IMG/VR virus record: IMGVR_UViG_3300027612_000506 | Origin: an uncultured virus (IMG/VR IMGVR_UViG_3300027612_000506) | Taxonomy: Duplodnaviria > Heunggongvirae > Uroviricota > Caudoviricetes | Reading direction: 5' to 3' (one strand) | DNA length: 64,000 nucleotides | Part shown: positions 55,692-64,000 of the stretch, piece by piece | Position numbering within the stretch: the stretch's first letter is position 1 | Layout: each line of letters begins with the position of its first letter | Position numbers and translations under genes: made by a program | Notes under the pieces: model-generated | Seen by the model: the letters and a program-made list of their open reading frames with translations, nothing else | Databases searched by the model: none | What the model was told of the DNA's origin: nothing

Positions 55692-57490
55692 TGGCAAAAC
55701 AAGATTATATGGGTATTCAAATTGACCCTTCCCGGGATGAACTATTTGACAAGCTGGGACTTAACCGGTTAAAAGAAAGTTATATGCGAGATGATGAGAC
55801 ATCTCCACAACAAAGGTTTGCGTATGTAAGTAAACAATTTGGATCTAATCCTGAACACGCACAGAGGCTTTATGAATATTCTAGTAAACATTGGTTGTCT
55901 TATAGTACCCCTATTCTATCTTATGGTCGCAGTAAGCGCGGCATGCCTATTTCTTGTTTTCTTAACTACATTGAAGATACAGCGGAAGGGCTTGTCCAAA
56001 ACTATTCTGAGACCTCTTGGCTCTCTATGCTTGGGGGTGGTGTTGGTATTGGGTTTGGGATTCGTGCGGCAGACGATAAGTCAACAGGAGTTATGCCCCA
56101 TCTTAAAACCTACGATGCAAGTTCCTTGGCTTATCGACAAGGCCGCACTAGACGAGGAAGTTATGCCGCTTACCTAGATATTTCACATCCCGACATCGGA
56201 ATGTTCCTCGAGATGCGTAAACCTACTGGTGACCCAAACATGCGCTGTCTCAATCTCCATCACGGTATCAATATCAGTGATCGCTTTATGGAAATTGTTG
56301 AACGCTGTATGACTGATCCTAACGCCGACGATGGTTGGAATTTGTGTGACCCCCACACTGGTGAAGTAAGAGATACTGTATCAGCGAAGGCACTGTGGCA
56401 AAAGATTCTAGAGTTGCGTATGGAGACCGGTGAACCATACATTCATTATATTGACACAAGCAATCGTTTGATGCCTGAGTTTCAGAAAGAACTTGGGTTG
56501 AAAATCCATCAGTCAAATCTTTGCTCTGAAATTATCCTACCTACAAACGAACAAAGAACCGCTGTATGCTGTTTGTCATCTGTTAACTTAGAATACTATG
56601 ATGCTTGGTCGAAGGATCCTATGTTCCTCAAAGACATGGCAGAGATGTTAGACAATGTGTTACAGTTCTTTATTGACAATGCTCCAGACGCTGTAGCAAG
56701 AGCTAAGTTTTCTGCTACACAAGAAAGGAGTATTGGTATCGGAGCATTGGGATTCCATGCCTATCTACAGAAAAAGAATCTTGCATGGGAAGGCGCTATT
56801 GCTAAAGGCGCTAACATGAGAATGTTTAAGTTAATTAGGAGCAAATTGGATGAAGCAAATATTGAACTTGGTAAAGAGCGAGGCGAGGCTCCTGATGCAA
56901 AGGGCACAGGCAGAAGATTTAGTCATGTTATGGCTATCGCTCCCAATGCTAGTAGTAGTATTATTATGGGAAACACTTCGCCGTCCATTGAACCATATCG
57001 TGCAAACGCATATCGTCAGGACACACTTAGCGGTGCGTATCTCAACAAAAATAAGCATTTGGATAATCTCATTAAGAGTAAAATTGAAGAAAATCCAAAG
57101 ATTGATTATGATGAAACTTGGTCTTCAATAATTGCAAATGATGGGTCAGTACAACATCTAAAATTCTTGGATGAATATGAGAAAGATGTATATAAAACAT
57201 CAATGGAAATTGACCAGCGGTGGGTAATTGAACATGCGGCTGATAGACAGGTATTTATCGACCAAGCACAATCGCTGAACTTGTTCTTCCGCCCTGATAC
57301 AAACATTAAGTATCTACATGCCGTACATTACCTAGCATGGAAACAGGGATTGAAAACTTTATATTATTGCCGTTCAGAAAAACTCGGTAAAGCAGACAAA
57401 GTGTCTAACCGAATTGAGCGACAAATTATTAAAGAAATTGATATGAGTAGTTTGGTAAATGATGAAGAATGCCTGGCCTGCGAAGGCTAA
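55691..57490 (+). CDS. nrdA: Class I ribonucleotide reductase alpha subunit (no ATP cone)
   Basis: PISCF, SNLCSEI, APNASSS, TLYY, C-terminal CLACEG. Confidence 0.95.
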   Translation: MAKQDYMGIQIDPSRDELFDKLGLNRLKESYMRDDETSPQQRFAYVSKQFGSNPEHAQRLYEYSSKHWLSYSTPILSYGRSKRGMPISCFLNYIEDTAEGLVQNYSETSWLSMLGGGVGIGFGIRAADDKSTGVMPHLKTYDASSLAYRQGRTRRGSYAAYLDISHPDIGMFLEMRKPTGDPNMRCLNLHHGINISDRFMEIVERCMTDPNADDGWNLCDPHTGEVRDTVSAKALWQKILELRMETGEPYIHYIDTSNRLMPEFQKELGLKIHQSNLCSEIILPTNEQRTAVCCLSSVNLEYYDAWSKDPMFLKDMAEMLDNVLQFFIDNAPDAVARAKFSATQERSIGIGALGFHAYLQKKNLAWEGAIAKGANMRMFKLIRSKLDEANIELGKERGEAPDAKGTGRRFSHVMAIAPNASSSIIMGNTSPSIEPYRANAYRQDTLSGAYLNKNKHLDNLIKSKIEENPKIDYDETWSSIIANDGSVQHLKFLDEYEKDVYKTSMEIDQRWVIEHAADRQVFIDQAQSLNLFFRPDTNIKYLHAVHYLAWKQGLKTLYYCRSEKLGKADKVSNRIERQIIKEIDMSSLVNDEECLACEG

Positions 57491-58070
57491 AGAAATAGCA
57501 AATAATATCCCCAGAGACAAACGAATTGCAGTAGTTGTCTCTGGGGGTTGGGATAGTGCCGTGTTATGGCACATTGTTTATAATGAGTGTCTTGAGCGCA
57601 GACAAAGTTGTCGCCCATATACTGTACCTAAATTAGATGGGGCTGTACATTGGGCTAATCAAGTATTAACACTATCAGGTTATACCGACACAACAAATGT
57701 TATAGGTAGTGTTGATGCTGAAGATCCCTCTAAATATGTTGCAAGCGGCATCATTGATATCTTTGAAAAGGGATTAGCTGATATTGTTTATGTGGGAGTA
57801 ACGAAATATTATGAAGGTATGGAACCCGACCACGATAGACAACATGCAAGTCAATACAATGCCGAGGATAAATGCCTACAACCTTTTTCTAATATGACAA
57901 AGGATGAGACTGTACAGTTAGGTTTTGATTTGGGTATTGCACAGGGACTGATGCATACCACGCATAGTTGCACAGAACAGGATGTTGGTAGGTGCCAATA
58001 TTGCCAGTGGTGTAAGGAGCGAGAATGGGCATTCAATGCCATTGGTAAAATAGATGAAGGAAGAAACTAA
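57459..58070 (+). CDS. QueC-like PP-loop ATPase
   Basis: VSGGWDS; THSC...RCQYCQWCKER zinc motif. Confidence 0.7.
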   Translation: MMKNAWPAKAKEIANNIPRDKRIAVVVSGGWDSAVLWHIVYNECLERRQSCRPYTVPKLDGAVHWANQVLTLSGYTDTTNVIGSVDAEDPSKYVASGIIDIFEKGLADIVYVGVTKYYEGMEPDHDRQHASQYNAEDKCLQPFSNMTKDETVQLGFDLGIAQGLMHTTHSCTEQDVGRCQYCQWCKEREWAFNAIGKIDEGRN

Positions 58071-58255
58071 TGAAATTTAAAATTTACTCTAGAGATGATT
58101 GTAAGTTCTGCAAAGATGCTAAGGACTTTTTAACTGGTATGGACTATGAGTTTGAGGAGGAAGAACAACCTACAGGAACGGTGCCTCAAATTTATTTAGG
58201 TGAGGAACATATCGGCGGTTATAATGAACTAGTTAAATGGGTGGCTGCACAATAA
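58070..58255 (+). CDS. Glutaredoxin
   Basis: CKFC, TVPQI, IGGY. Confidence 0.9.
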   Translation: MKFKIYSRDDCKFCKDAKDFLTGMDYEFEEEEQPTGTVPQIYLGEEHIGGYNELVKWVAAQ

Positions 58256-59028
58256 TGTTAATTTCCTTTGACGATATAACCCTTAGTGACCGCTTATTAA
58301 CTAAAGTGCCTGATTGGTATCTTTACACATTGGATATTGAAACTGACAAAGGGCATTATCAGATAAATTGGGAAAGTGTAGATAAGTTAGCATTTTACAC
58401 AACATTTCAAATAGGTTTAGGAAACCATGGACCTGTTTCACTGCAAAATTTTTATAACTTACATAATCAAATGCGACAAGAGGAATGGAATAGAAATCAT
58501 TCCTTGGGAACATATAATGACTTGCCTCGAGACGCAAACATTCTTGATATTGGGTGTGGTGTAGGTATTAACAGTTTGATCTTACATAACTACTTACCTG
58601 AGAGTAAATTAAATCTTTTGGATAAGAACGCTGGGTGGGAAGAAGTTAAGGATCAGCCTAGAGATTTTTTAAATGGTTACAATGAGGAATATGTTTTTTA
58701 CAATGACACCAGCTTAACTGAGGAAGCAATTAGACTTAGTAATATGGACTCTGACCGTTTTAGATTTATGACCCCCGACAGTGAGTGGGAACAATATGAT
58801 TTAATTCAGTCTACTTGGTCATATGCATGGCATTATCCTCTTGACATTTACTATGAAAAAGTGTTACAATGCTTAAAACCAGGCGGTAAACTATTGTTAG
58901 ATATTTGGAGAGTTGAAGATGCAGAGCGTATTAGTAAGGATTTAAATTGTGAACCCGAACTAAGTGATTTTCCTATAGAACAAATGGTTTGTGGGCACTC
59001 TAAACGCTTTTTATGGACTAGGAAATAA
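58255..59028 (+). CDS. Class I SAM-dependent methyltransferase
   Basis: ILDIGCGVG, YDLI, LKPGG. Confidence 0.85.
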   Translation: MLISFDDITLSDRLLTKVPDWYLYTLDIETDKGHYQINWESVDKLAFYTTFQIGLGNHGPVSLQNFYNLHNQMRQEEWNRNHSLGTYNDLPRDANILDIGCGVGINSLILHNYLPESKLNLLDKNAGWEEVKDQPRDFLNGYNEEYVFYNDTSLTEEAIRLSNMDSDRFRFMTPDSEWEQYDLIQSTWSYAWHYPLDIYYEKVLQCLKPGGKLLLDIWRVEDAERISKDLNCEPELSDFPIEQMVCGHSKRFLWTRK

Positions 59029-59031
59029 ATT

Positions 59032-59964
59032 ATGAAAATTTTGATAACCGGCTCATCTGGATTCATTGGATCTCATCTTGTTCCAATGCTTAAAAAAGAG
59101 CACCAAATATACCACCTGGACAATGACTTACGAGACCACTTAAAGGTTCGTGAGGAAGTTAGTTATATTAACCCAGATATTATTGTACACTTGGCCGCAC
59201 GAACAGAGGTCGAACAGAGTTTTTATGAGCAAGTAACCTTTAGTGACATTAATTATACTGGCACAGTAAATTTAATTGAGGCTGCCAGAAATTGTAAGAA
59301 TCTCAAAAACTTTGTTTTTGCTAGTACAATGGAAGTATACGGCTGGCAACCAATTAGTGATGAAATAAAAATTAATGGTAAGCCAGAGAAGCATGTTGCA
59401 TTTGATGAAAACACACAGCCTAATCCTAACGCACCTTATGCGGTTGCAAAATATGGGTGCGAGAAATATCTACAGTATGCACATAGATCTTATGGTATGC
59501 CTTTCACTGCTATTCGACAAACAAACTGTTATGGTAGAAAAGACAATGACTTTTTTGTTACGGAGCAAATCATAACACAGATGTTGCATAGTATAAATAG
59601 CGGGTCGAATGAACCTCAAATTAATTTGGGTTACGGCGAACCGTACAGAAACTTTATATATATTGATGACATGTTAGAAGCATGGCACGCCGTAATTTCT
59701 AACCCAGAAAAATGTAATGATGGTAAAATATTTACCATTGGTCCTGACCAACCTATTAAAATTTCCGACTATGTTGATATGATAGCGGAAAAACTAGATT
59801 GGCACGGTACTGTTAATTGGGATACAAAGCCACATAGACCAGGTGAAATATACTGGTTGAACAGTAATCATAATTTGATTACAGAGACTTTAGGGTGGCA
59901 ACCAAGTACAACCTTATCTGATGGGTTGGACAAAACAATAGCAATATGGAAAGACTTACTATAA
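59032..59964 (+). CDS. NAD-dependent sugar epimerase/dehydratase
   Basis: GSSGFIG, HLAA, YAVAK (YxxxK), RNFIYIDD. Confidence 0.9.
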   Translation: MKILITGSSGFIGSHLVPMLKKEHQIYHLDNDLRDHLKVREEVSYINPDIIVHLAARTEVEQSFYEQVTFSDINYTGTVNLIEAARNCKNLKNFVFASTMEVYGWQPISDEIKINGKPEKHVAFDENTQPNPNAPYAVAKYGCEKYLQYAHRSYGMPFTAIRQTNCYGRKDNDFFVTEQIITQMLHSINSGSNEPQINLGYGEPYRNFIYIDDMLEAWHAVISNPEKCNDGKIFTIGPDQPIKISDYVDMIAEKLDWHGTVNWDTKPHRPGEIYWLNSNHNLITETLGWQPSTTLSDGLDKTIAIWKDLL

Positions 59965-62201
59965 TGGCAAGAAAAAATTTATATCTTTTTCAACCACAAT
60001 ACACCATGAACTTTCAGGGTACTACACAGAACTGGCTACCCTATTCAGCAGGTTGTTTGTGGGCATATGCTAATGAAAAGTCTGACATTGTTAAGGAGCA
60101 TTGGAATCTCGATGGGCTTTATTTTGCAAGAGATAAAATTGATGAAGTTCTTGAAAAAATGGAAGAGCCTGTACTTGCAGGGTTTAGTACATATGTATGG
60201 AATGAACAATACAATCTGCACATGGCATACGCAATTAAGGAACGCTGGCCTAATTGTATCATAGCATTTGGCGGCCCACAGGTTAATGAAAGCGACCTTG
60301 ATACATATCCTTGGATTGACTTGGTCATGTTAAGTGAGGGCGAAAAACAATTTACAATGTTGTTGGAAGATATACACAACAACAAACCTCTAAAAACTAT
60401 ATACACTGGACAACGAATTACTGATCTATCAGAACTCCCTAGCCCGTTTACTACCGGGGTGTTTGATAAACTGATTGCAGACAACCCTGATATTATTTGG
60501 CAAACACCATTTGAAACATCCCGTGGTTGTCCTTTCTCCTGCACCTTTTGTGATTGGGGAAGTTTAACATACTCGAAAGTTAAACAATATGAGTTTGAAA
60601 GGTTAGAAGAAGAAATTATTTGGATGAGTAAGAATCCTATTGCCTATGTTTTTATGGCAGATGCAAACTTTGGCATTTTCAAAAAACGGGATGTGGACCT
60701 TGCTAAGATGTTTCACAAACATTTAGATAATAGTCGCATGGATAAAATTAATATCCAATATGCTAAGAACAGTAATGACCATGTTATTGAAATTGGTAAG
60801 GCTCTTGGTAGATTGGGTAAAGGCATCACCCTTAGTCAACAAAGTATGAGCCCCACTGTACTAGAAGAAATTAAGCGAACTAACATGGACATTAATAAAC
60901 TTAATGAAATGTTAGATAAAACTGAAGAGGCTGATTTGGATGCATACAGTGAAATGATTATCGGCTTACCCGGTGAGACACTAGAGTCCTGGAAAAAAGG
61001 TATGGGTGAGATACTTGAAGCCGGTCAACATAATTGCGTTGAGGTTTGGTATGCACAAACTCTTAAGAACAGTGACATGTCTACAATTGAATCAAGAGAG
61101 AAGTACGGTATTAAAACTGTACTAGTTAAGGACTATATCTTCCTTTATAATGACCCAGATGATATTCCTGAATATGTAGAAGTTGTTAGTGGTACAAAGG
61201 ATATGCCTACTGAGGATATGATTGAAGCATATATGTATTCTTGGATGGTTGTTCGTTTTCATGTATATGGATATACATATGCTCTTGCACGATATGCAAG
61301 ACAAAAAGGCATTTCTTATAATGACTTTTATGAAAAAATGTTCTCTCTAATTCCATCTACTAATCATATTGATGACCACTTTAATACTATTAAAAGAAGT
61401 GTAAGTAAATATCTTACAGAAGACCAAGTGGGTGAAGATGCAGGTAAGGGATGGTTCCAACTCCGCAAAAATATTCCTGACCACAGGCAAAAACCTGCAA
61501 GCGGTGAAGCTGTAGCTGATGGTCGATTGCTTATTGCAAACGAGAAGGGTGGAGACTGGTCTCAACTTATTGCAACCGATAAAACATCCCCCCTAGAGTT
61601 GACCCCAAACGGAAAAGAGGAAGAGGAAAGACCCATCTTCTCTATGAACTTCTATGAAAAATCTAAAGGTAACAGTAATATGGAGAATGTCACTACTGCC
61701 GATAGATATGAAAAGGAAGAAGAACCTAAAGCAATGTTCTCAGGTAAAAATAACCTGATGACAACAGGTACTCCTAAAGAAACAATGCAAGAAGCAAGAG
61801 TAAAGGTAAGTACCTGTGATGAAGAAACAAAAAATGATTCTGCACATGCTTGGTTGTATCAGAAAGAGACAGACTTTGTAGATCATAAATTAGAAATTTA
61901 TGATATTGCTTGGCAAACCTTAAAACACTTCCTACCAGATACTGATGAGAGTATTTTGGATTGTCAAAAGGCATACATGTTTGATCCTAGTCATGTATAT
62001 CCATTTACACTACGCACTAAAATGGATTGGAATACATTTGAAGAAACTGAGGAATATAAGTACTATACTGTTACCAGCAATATGACCGAAGCTGGCGGCA
62101 CATATGACAATAGACGGAACCGTCACCCTGCTAAAAATACGCTAACCCTAATAGAGAACGAGGATACCCATGTCGAAGAAACAAAACTTGCAAGAGCCTA
62201 G
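59964..62201 (+). CDS. B12-binding radical SAM enzyme with a charged insertion
   Basis: GFSTYVWN, GGP, ETSRGCPFSCTFCDWG, DANFG, IGLPGET. Confidence 0.85.
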   Translation: MARKNLYLFQPQYTMNFQGTTQNWLPYSAGCLWAYANEKSDIVKEHWNLDGLYFARDKIDEVLEKMEEPVLAGFSTYVWNEQYNLHMAYAIKERWPNCIIAFGGPQVNESDLDTYPWIDLVMLSEGEKQFTMLLEDIHNNKPLKTIYTGQRITDLSELPSPFTTGVFDKLIADNPDIIWQTPFETSRGCPFSCTFCDWGSLTYSKVKQYEFERLEEEIIWMSKNPIAYVFMADANFGIFKKRDVDLAKMFHKHLDNSRMDKINIQYAKNSNDHVIEIGKALGRLGKGITLSQQSMSPTVLEEIKRTNMDINKLNEMLDKTEEADLDAYSEMIIGLPGETLESWKKGMGEILEAGQHNCVEVWYAQTLKNSDMSTIESREKYGIKTVLVKDYIFLYNDPDDIPEYVEVVSGTKDMPTEDMIEAYMYSWMVVRFHVYGYTYALARYARQKGISYNDFYEKMFSLIPSTNHIDDHFNTIKRSVSKYLTEDQVGEDAGKGWFQLRKNIPDHRQKPASGEAVADGRLLIANEKGGDWSQLIATDKTSPLELTPNGKEEEERPIFSMNFYEKSKGNSNMENVTTADRYEKEEEPKAMFSGKNNLMTTGTPKETMQEARVKVSTCDEETKNDSAHAWLYQKETDFVDHKLEIYDIAWQTLKHFLPDTDESILDCQKAYMFDPSHVYPFTLRTKMDWNTFEETEEYKYYTVTSNMTEAGGTYDNRRNRHPAKNTLTLIENEDTHVEETKLARA

Positions 62202-63156
62202 AGAATATTTTAAACCTTTTAATTATCCTTGGGCTTATGATGCTTGGTTAAAACATGAGCAGTCTCACTGGCTACACACCGAAGTCCCTATGGCAGAGGA
62301 TGTAAAGGACTGGAAAAACAAACTAACTAAAGCCGAACAAGCCTTTCTAACTAATATCTTTCGTTTCTTTACACAGGGTGATATTGATGTTGCGGGTGGT
62401 TATGTGACAAATTACCTGCCTCACTTCCCACAGCCTGAGGTTCGCATGATGCTTGCAGGGTTTGCGGCAAGAGAAGCATTACATGTTGCGGCTTATTCGC
62501 ACCTCATAGAGACCTTAGGAATGCCAGAGAGCACCTACAATGAGTTTCTTGAGTATGAGGCTATGAAGGACAAGCATGAATACTTTATGGAACTGTCTAA
62601 CATGGATGCAGACAAGAAAACAGTAGCAACAAACATTGCCGCTTTTTCTGCATTTACTGAAGGCATGCAGTTATTCTCCTCGTTTATTATGTTGCTGAAC
62701 TTCCCTCGACACGGCAAAATGAAAGGCATGGGTCAGATTGTTACTTGGTCAATTGTTGATGAGACAATGCACGCCGAGTCAATGATTAAACTGTTCCGTA
62801 CCTATGTTGAGGAAAACCTAGAGATTTGGAACGATGACCTCAAAGGTAAGATCTATTCTATTGCTGAGAAGATGGTAGAGCTTGAGGATAAATTTATTGA
62901 CCTGGCATTTGCCATGGGTCCAATGGAAAATCTTTCATCCGAAGATGTTAAGAAATATATCAGATATATCTGTGACCGCAGACTCATTAGTCTTGGTCTT
63001 AAAGGTATTTTTAAAATTAAAAAGAATCCTCTACTGTGGGTTGAGGAAATGATTAACGCACCAACACATACAAACTTCTTTGAAAACCGAGCAACAGACT
63101 ATGCCCGAGGCGCATTGTCAGGTGATTGGGGAGATGTATGGGGTTCTGCGGCGTAG
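62170..63156 (+). CDS. nrdB: Ribonucleotide reductase beta subunit
   Basis: FFTQGD, EALH..AY, TEG..LFSSF, DETMH, NFFE. Confidence 0.95.
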   Translation: MSKKQNLQEPREYFKPFNYPWAYDAWLKHEQSHWLHTEVPMAEDVKDWKNKLTKAEQAFLTNIFRFFTQGDIDVAGGYVTNYLPHFPQPEVRMMLAGFAAREALHVAAYSHLIETLGMPESTYNEFLEYEAMKDKHEYFMELSNMDADKKTVATNIAAFSAFTEGMQLFSSFIMLLNFPRHGKMKGMGQIVTWSIVDETMHAESMIKLFRTYVEENLEIWNDDLKGKIYSIAEKMVELEDKFIDLAFAMGPMENLSSEDVKKYIRYICDRRLISLGLKGIFKIKKNPLLWVEEMINAPTHTNFFENRATDYARGALSGDWGDVWGSAA

Positions 63157-63165
63157 GAGAATTTA

Positions 63166-63336
63166 ATGCCTAAAGCCAATAAATGGTTAGAATGCATTTC
63201 GTGTGAGGCGATGTTTACTGTAAAGCATAGTATGGATATAGAATTCTATACTGTAGAGCATTGCCCTTTCTGCGGAGATGAGCTTGATATTGAAGTTGGG
63301 TTGGATTATGACGAAGAAGAAGAGGATTACGAATGA
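63166..63336 (+). CDS. Small zinc-ribbon protein (56 aa, not in the ORF track)
   Basis: CISC...CPFCG, acidic tail, AGGAG RBS. Confidence 0.65.
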   Translation: MPKANKWLECISCEAMFTVKHSMDIEFYTVEHCPFCGDELDIEVGLDYDEEEEDYE

Positions 63337-63512
63337 GCCAATGGCATGGCGGGAAGGGCAGTAAGCCTAGAAAAGTTACAGACCAGGATCAGTTTGATTC
63401 CAATTGGGATTTAATTTTTGGCAAAAAGGATCAAAAAGTCAAACAGGCAATGGTGACAGATCTCAATTGGGACGGTGAAGAAGAGGAAGAGCCTAAAACA
63501 GATGACGGCTAA
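63333..63512 (+). CDS. Small hypothetical protein (59 aa, not in the ORF track)
   Basis: WHGGKGSKPR...NWDLIFG; ATGA coupling. Confidence 0.6.
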   Translation: MSQWHGGKGSKPRKVTDQDQFDSNWDLIFGKKDQKVKQAMVTDLNWDGEEEEEPKTDDG

Positions 63513-64000
63513 ATATTGTATAGCCCCCTTTGCAATGTATGAAATGCATGTTGATGGGGGGGATAGTGTTTGCTGTCCCTCTCATAACAATCACCCTGAA
63601 CTCCAAGGCAATACTATTCTTGAGAAGTTTAATAGTTCTCAAGCAAAGGTTATCCGCGAGTCGGTATTAGATGGTTCATATAGGTATTGCAAAGATAGTT
63701 GCCCCTTCCTATATTCCCACCGTCAGGGTGCTGAAAACTTACTGTTTAGAGATGTTGAACCATATAAGGACAATACAGCACCTTTGCATGTAGTGTCTGC
63801 TGAAGATAGAACTTGTAATTTGGCATGCCCCACATGCCGTAAGGATTTCATTCTAGATGATGAGTCTGGTAGAGACATAGAAAGGGAATTATCAGAAATA
63901 TCTGAAAGTGTTACCACCTTTGTAACTTCTGGCTCAGGTGACCCACTTTATAACAAACGCACATTCAAACTATTACAGAGCCTAACGCCTGAAAACTATC
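63502..64000 (+). CDS. Radical SAM enzyme with N-terminal twitch/SPASM domain, 3'-truncated by the window edge
   Basis: YCIAPF...VCC, CNLACPTC, SGSGDP. Confidence 0.75.
   Translation, partial: MTAKYCIAPFAMYEMHVDGGDSVCCPSHNNHPELQGNTILEKFNSSQAKVIRESVLDGSYRYCKDSCPFLYSHRQGAENLLFRDVEPYKDNTAPLHVVSAEDRTCNLACPTCRKDFILDDESGRDIERELSEISESVTTFVTSGSGDPLYNKRTFKLLQSLTPENY

Noticed and set aside
54304..63156. Introns, inteins or homing endonucleases in thyX, nrdA or nrdB
   Set aside because: The ORFs are continuous, of normal length and carry all motifs; no HNH, GIY-YIG or LAGLIDADG gene was seen.
378..63917. Numerous minus-strand and nested plus-strand ORFs in the ORF track
   Set aside because: They are shadows of well-supported + strand genes and show no recognisable protein motifs.
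1..64000. Context-dependent avoidance of GANTC, GCGC, GATATC, GTAC, TGCA
   Set aside because: Counter-examples were easy to find (for example TGAATCA near 3902 and AGCGCA near 3488). GAATTC looked sparse but has a TGAATTCG exception and too few sites to judge.
1..64000. Stop-codon reassignment or suppressor tRNA
   Set aside because: Core genes are full length under the standard code, all three stop codons are used, and the Trp tRNA has a normal CCA anticodon.

Overview
A 64-kb segment of an AT-rich T4-like myophage genome with essentially all genes on the + strand. Spanins, sigma70 promoters and IHF sites point to a Gram-negative host, probably aquatic. The T4 core is present: gp3, uvsY, uvsW, gp55, gp47, gp46, gp45, gp44, gp62, regA, gp43, uvsX, gp41, gp61, thyX, nrdA, nrdB. 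There are also four tRNAs (Arg-TCT, Thr-TGT, Trp-CCA, Pro-TGG), lysis genes, a late cluster of probable head-packaged proteins, and many interspersed tailoring enzymes (radical SAM, 2OG oxygenases, sulfo-, glycosyl- and methyltransferases). Main observations: (1) a 7-deazaguanine DNA-modification cluster (queE, PRTase, folE, dpdA-like, dpdL-like, glycosyltransferase, queD), with a queC-like gene far away, suggesting an undescribed, possibly glycosylated base; (2) a context-dependent restriction-site avoidance footprint read by eye (ACGT and AAGCTT not found, GCNGC only where it overlaps GGC, GATC almost only as RGATC/GATCY), which may reveal the modified motif; (3) a terminator hairpin whose 26-nt loop is antisense to the 5' leaders and RBSs of four early transcripts; (4) leaderless queE, gp43 and gp61 transcripts, an antisense promoter before gp55, IHF-coupled early promoters and a ROSE-like thermometer on hsp20. 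Gene calls come from motif recognition, not database searches, and motif counts are manual and need computational confirmation.
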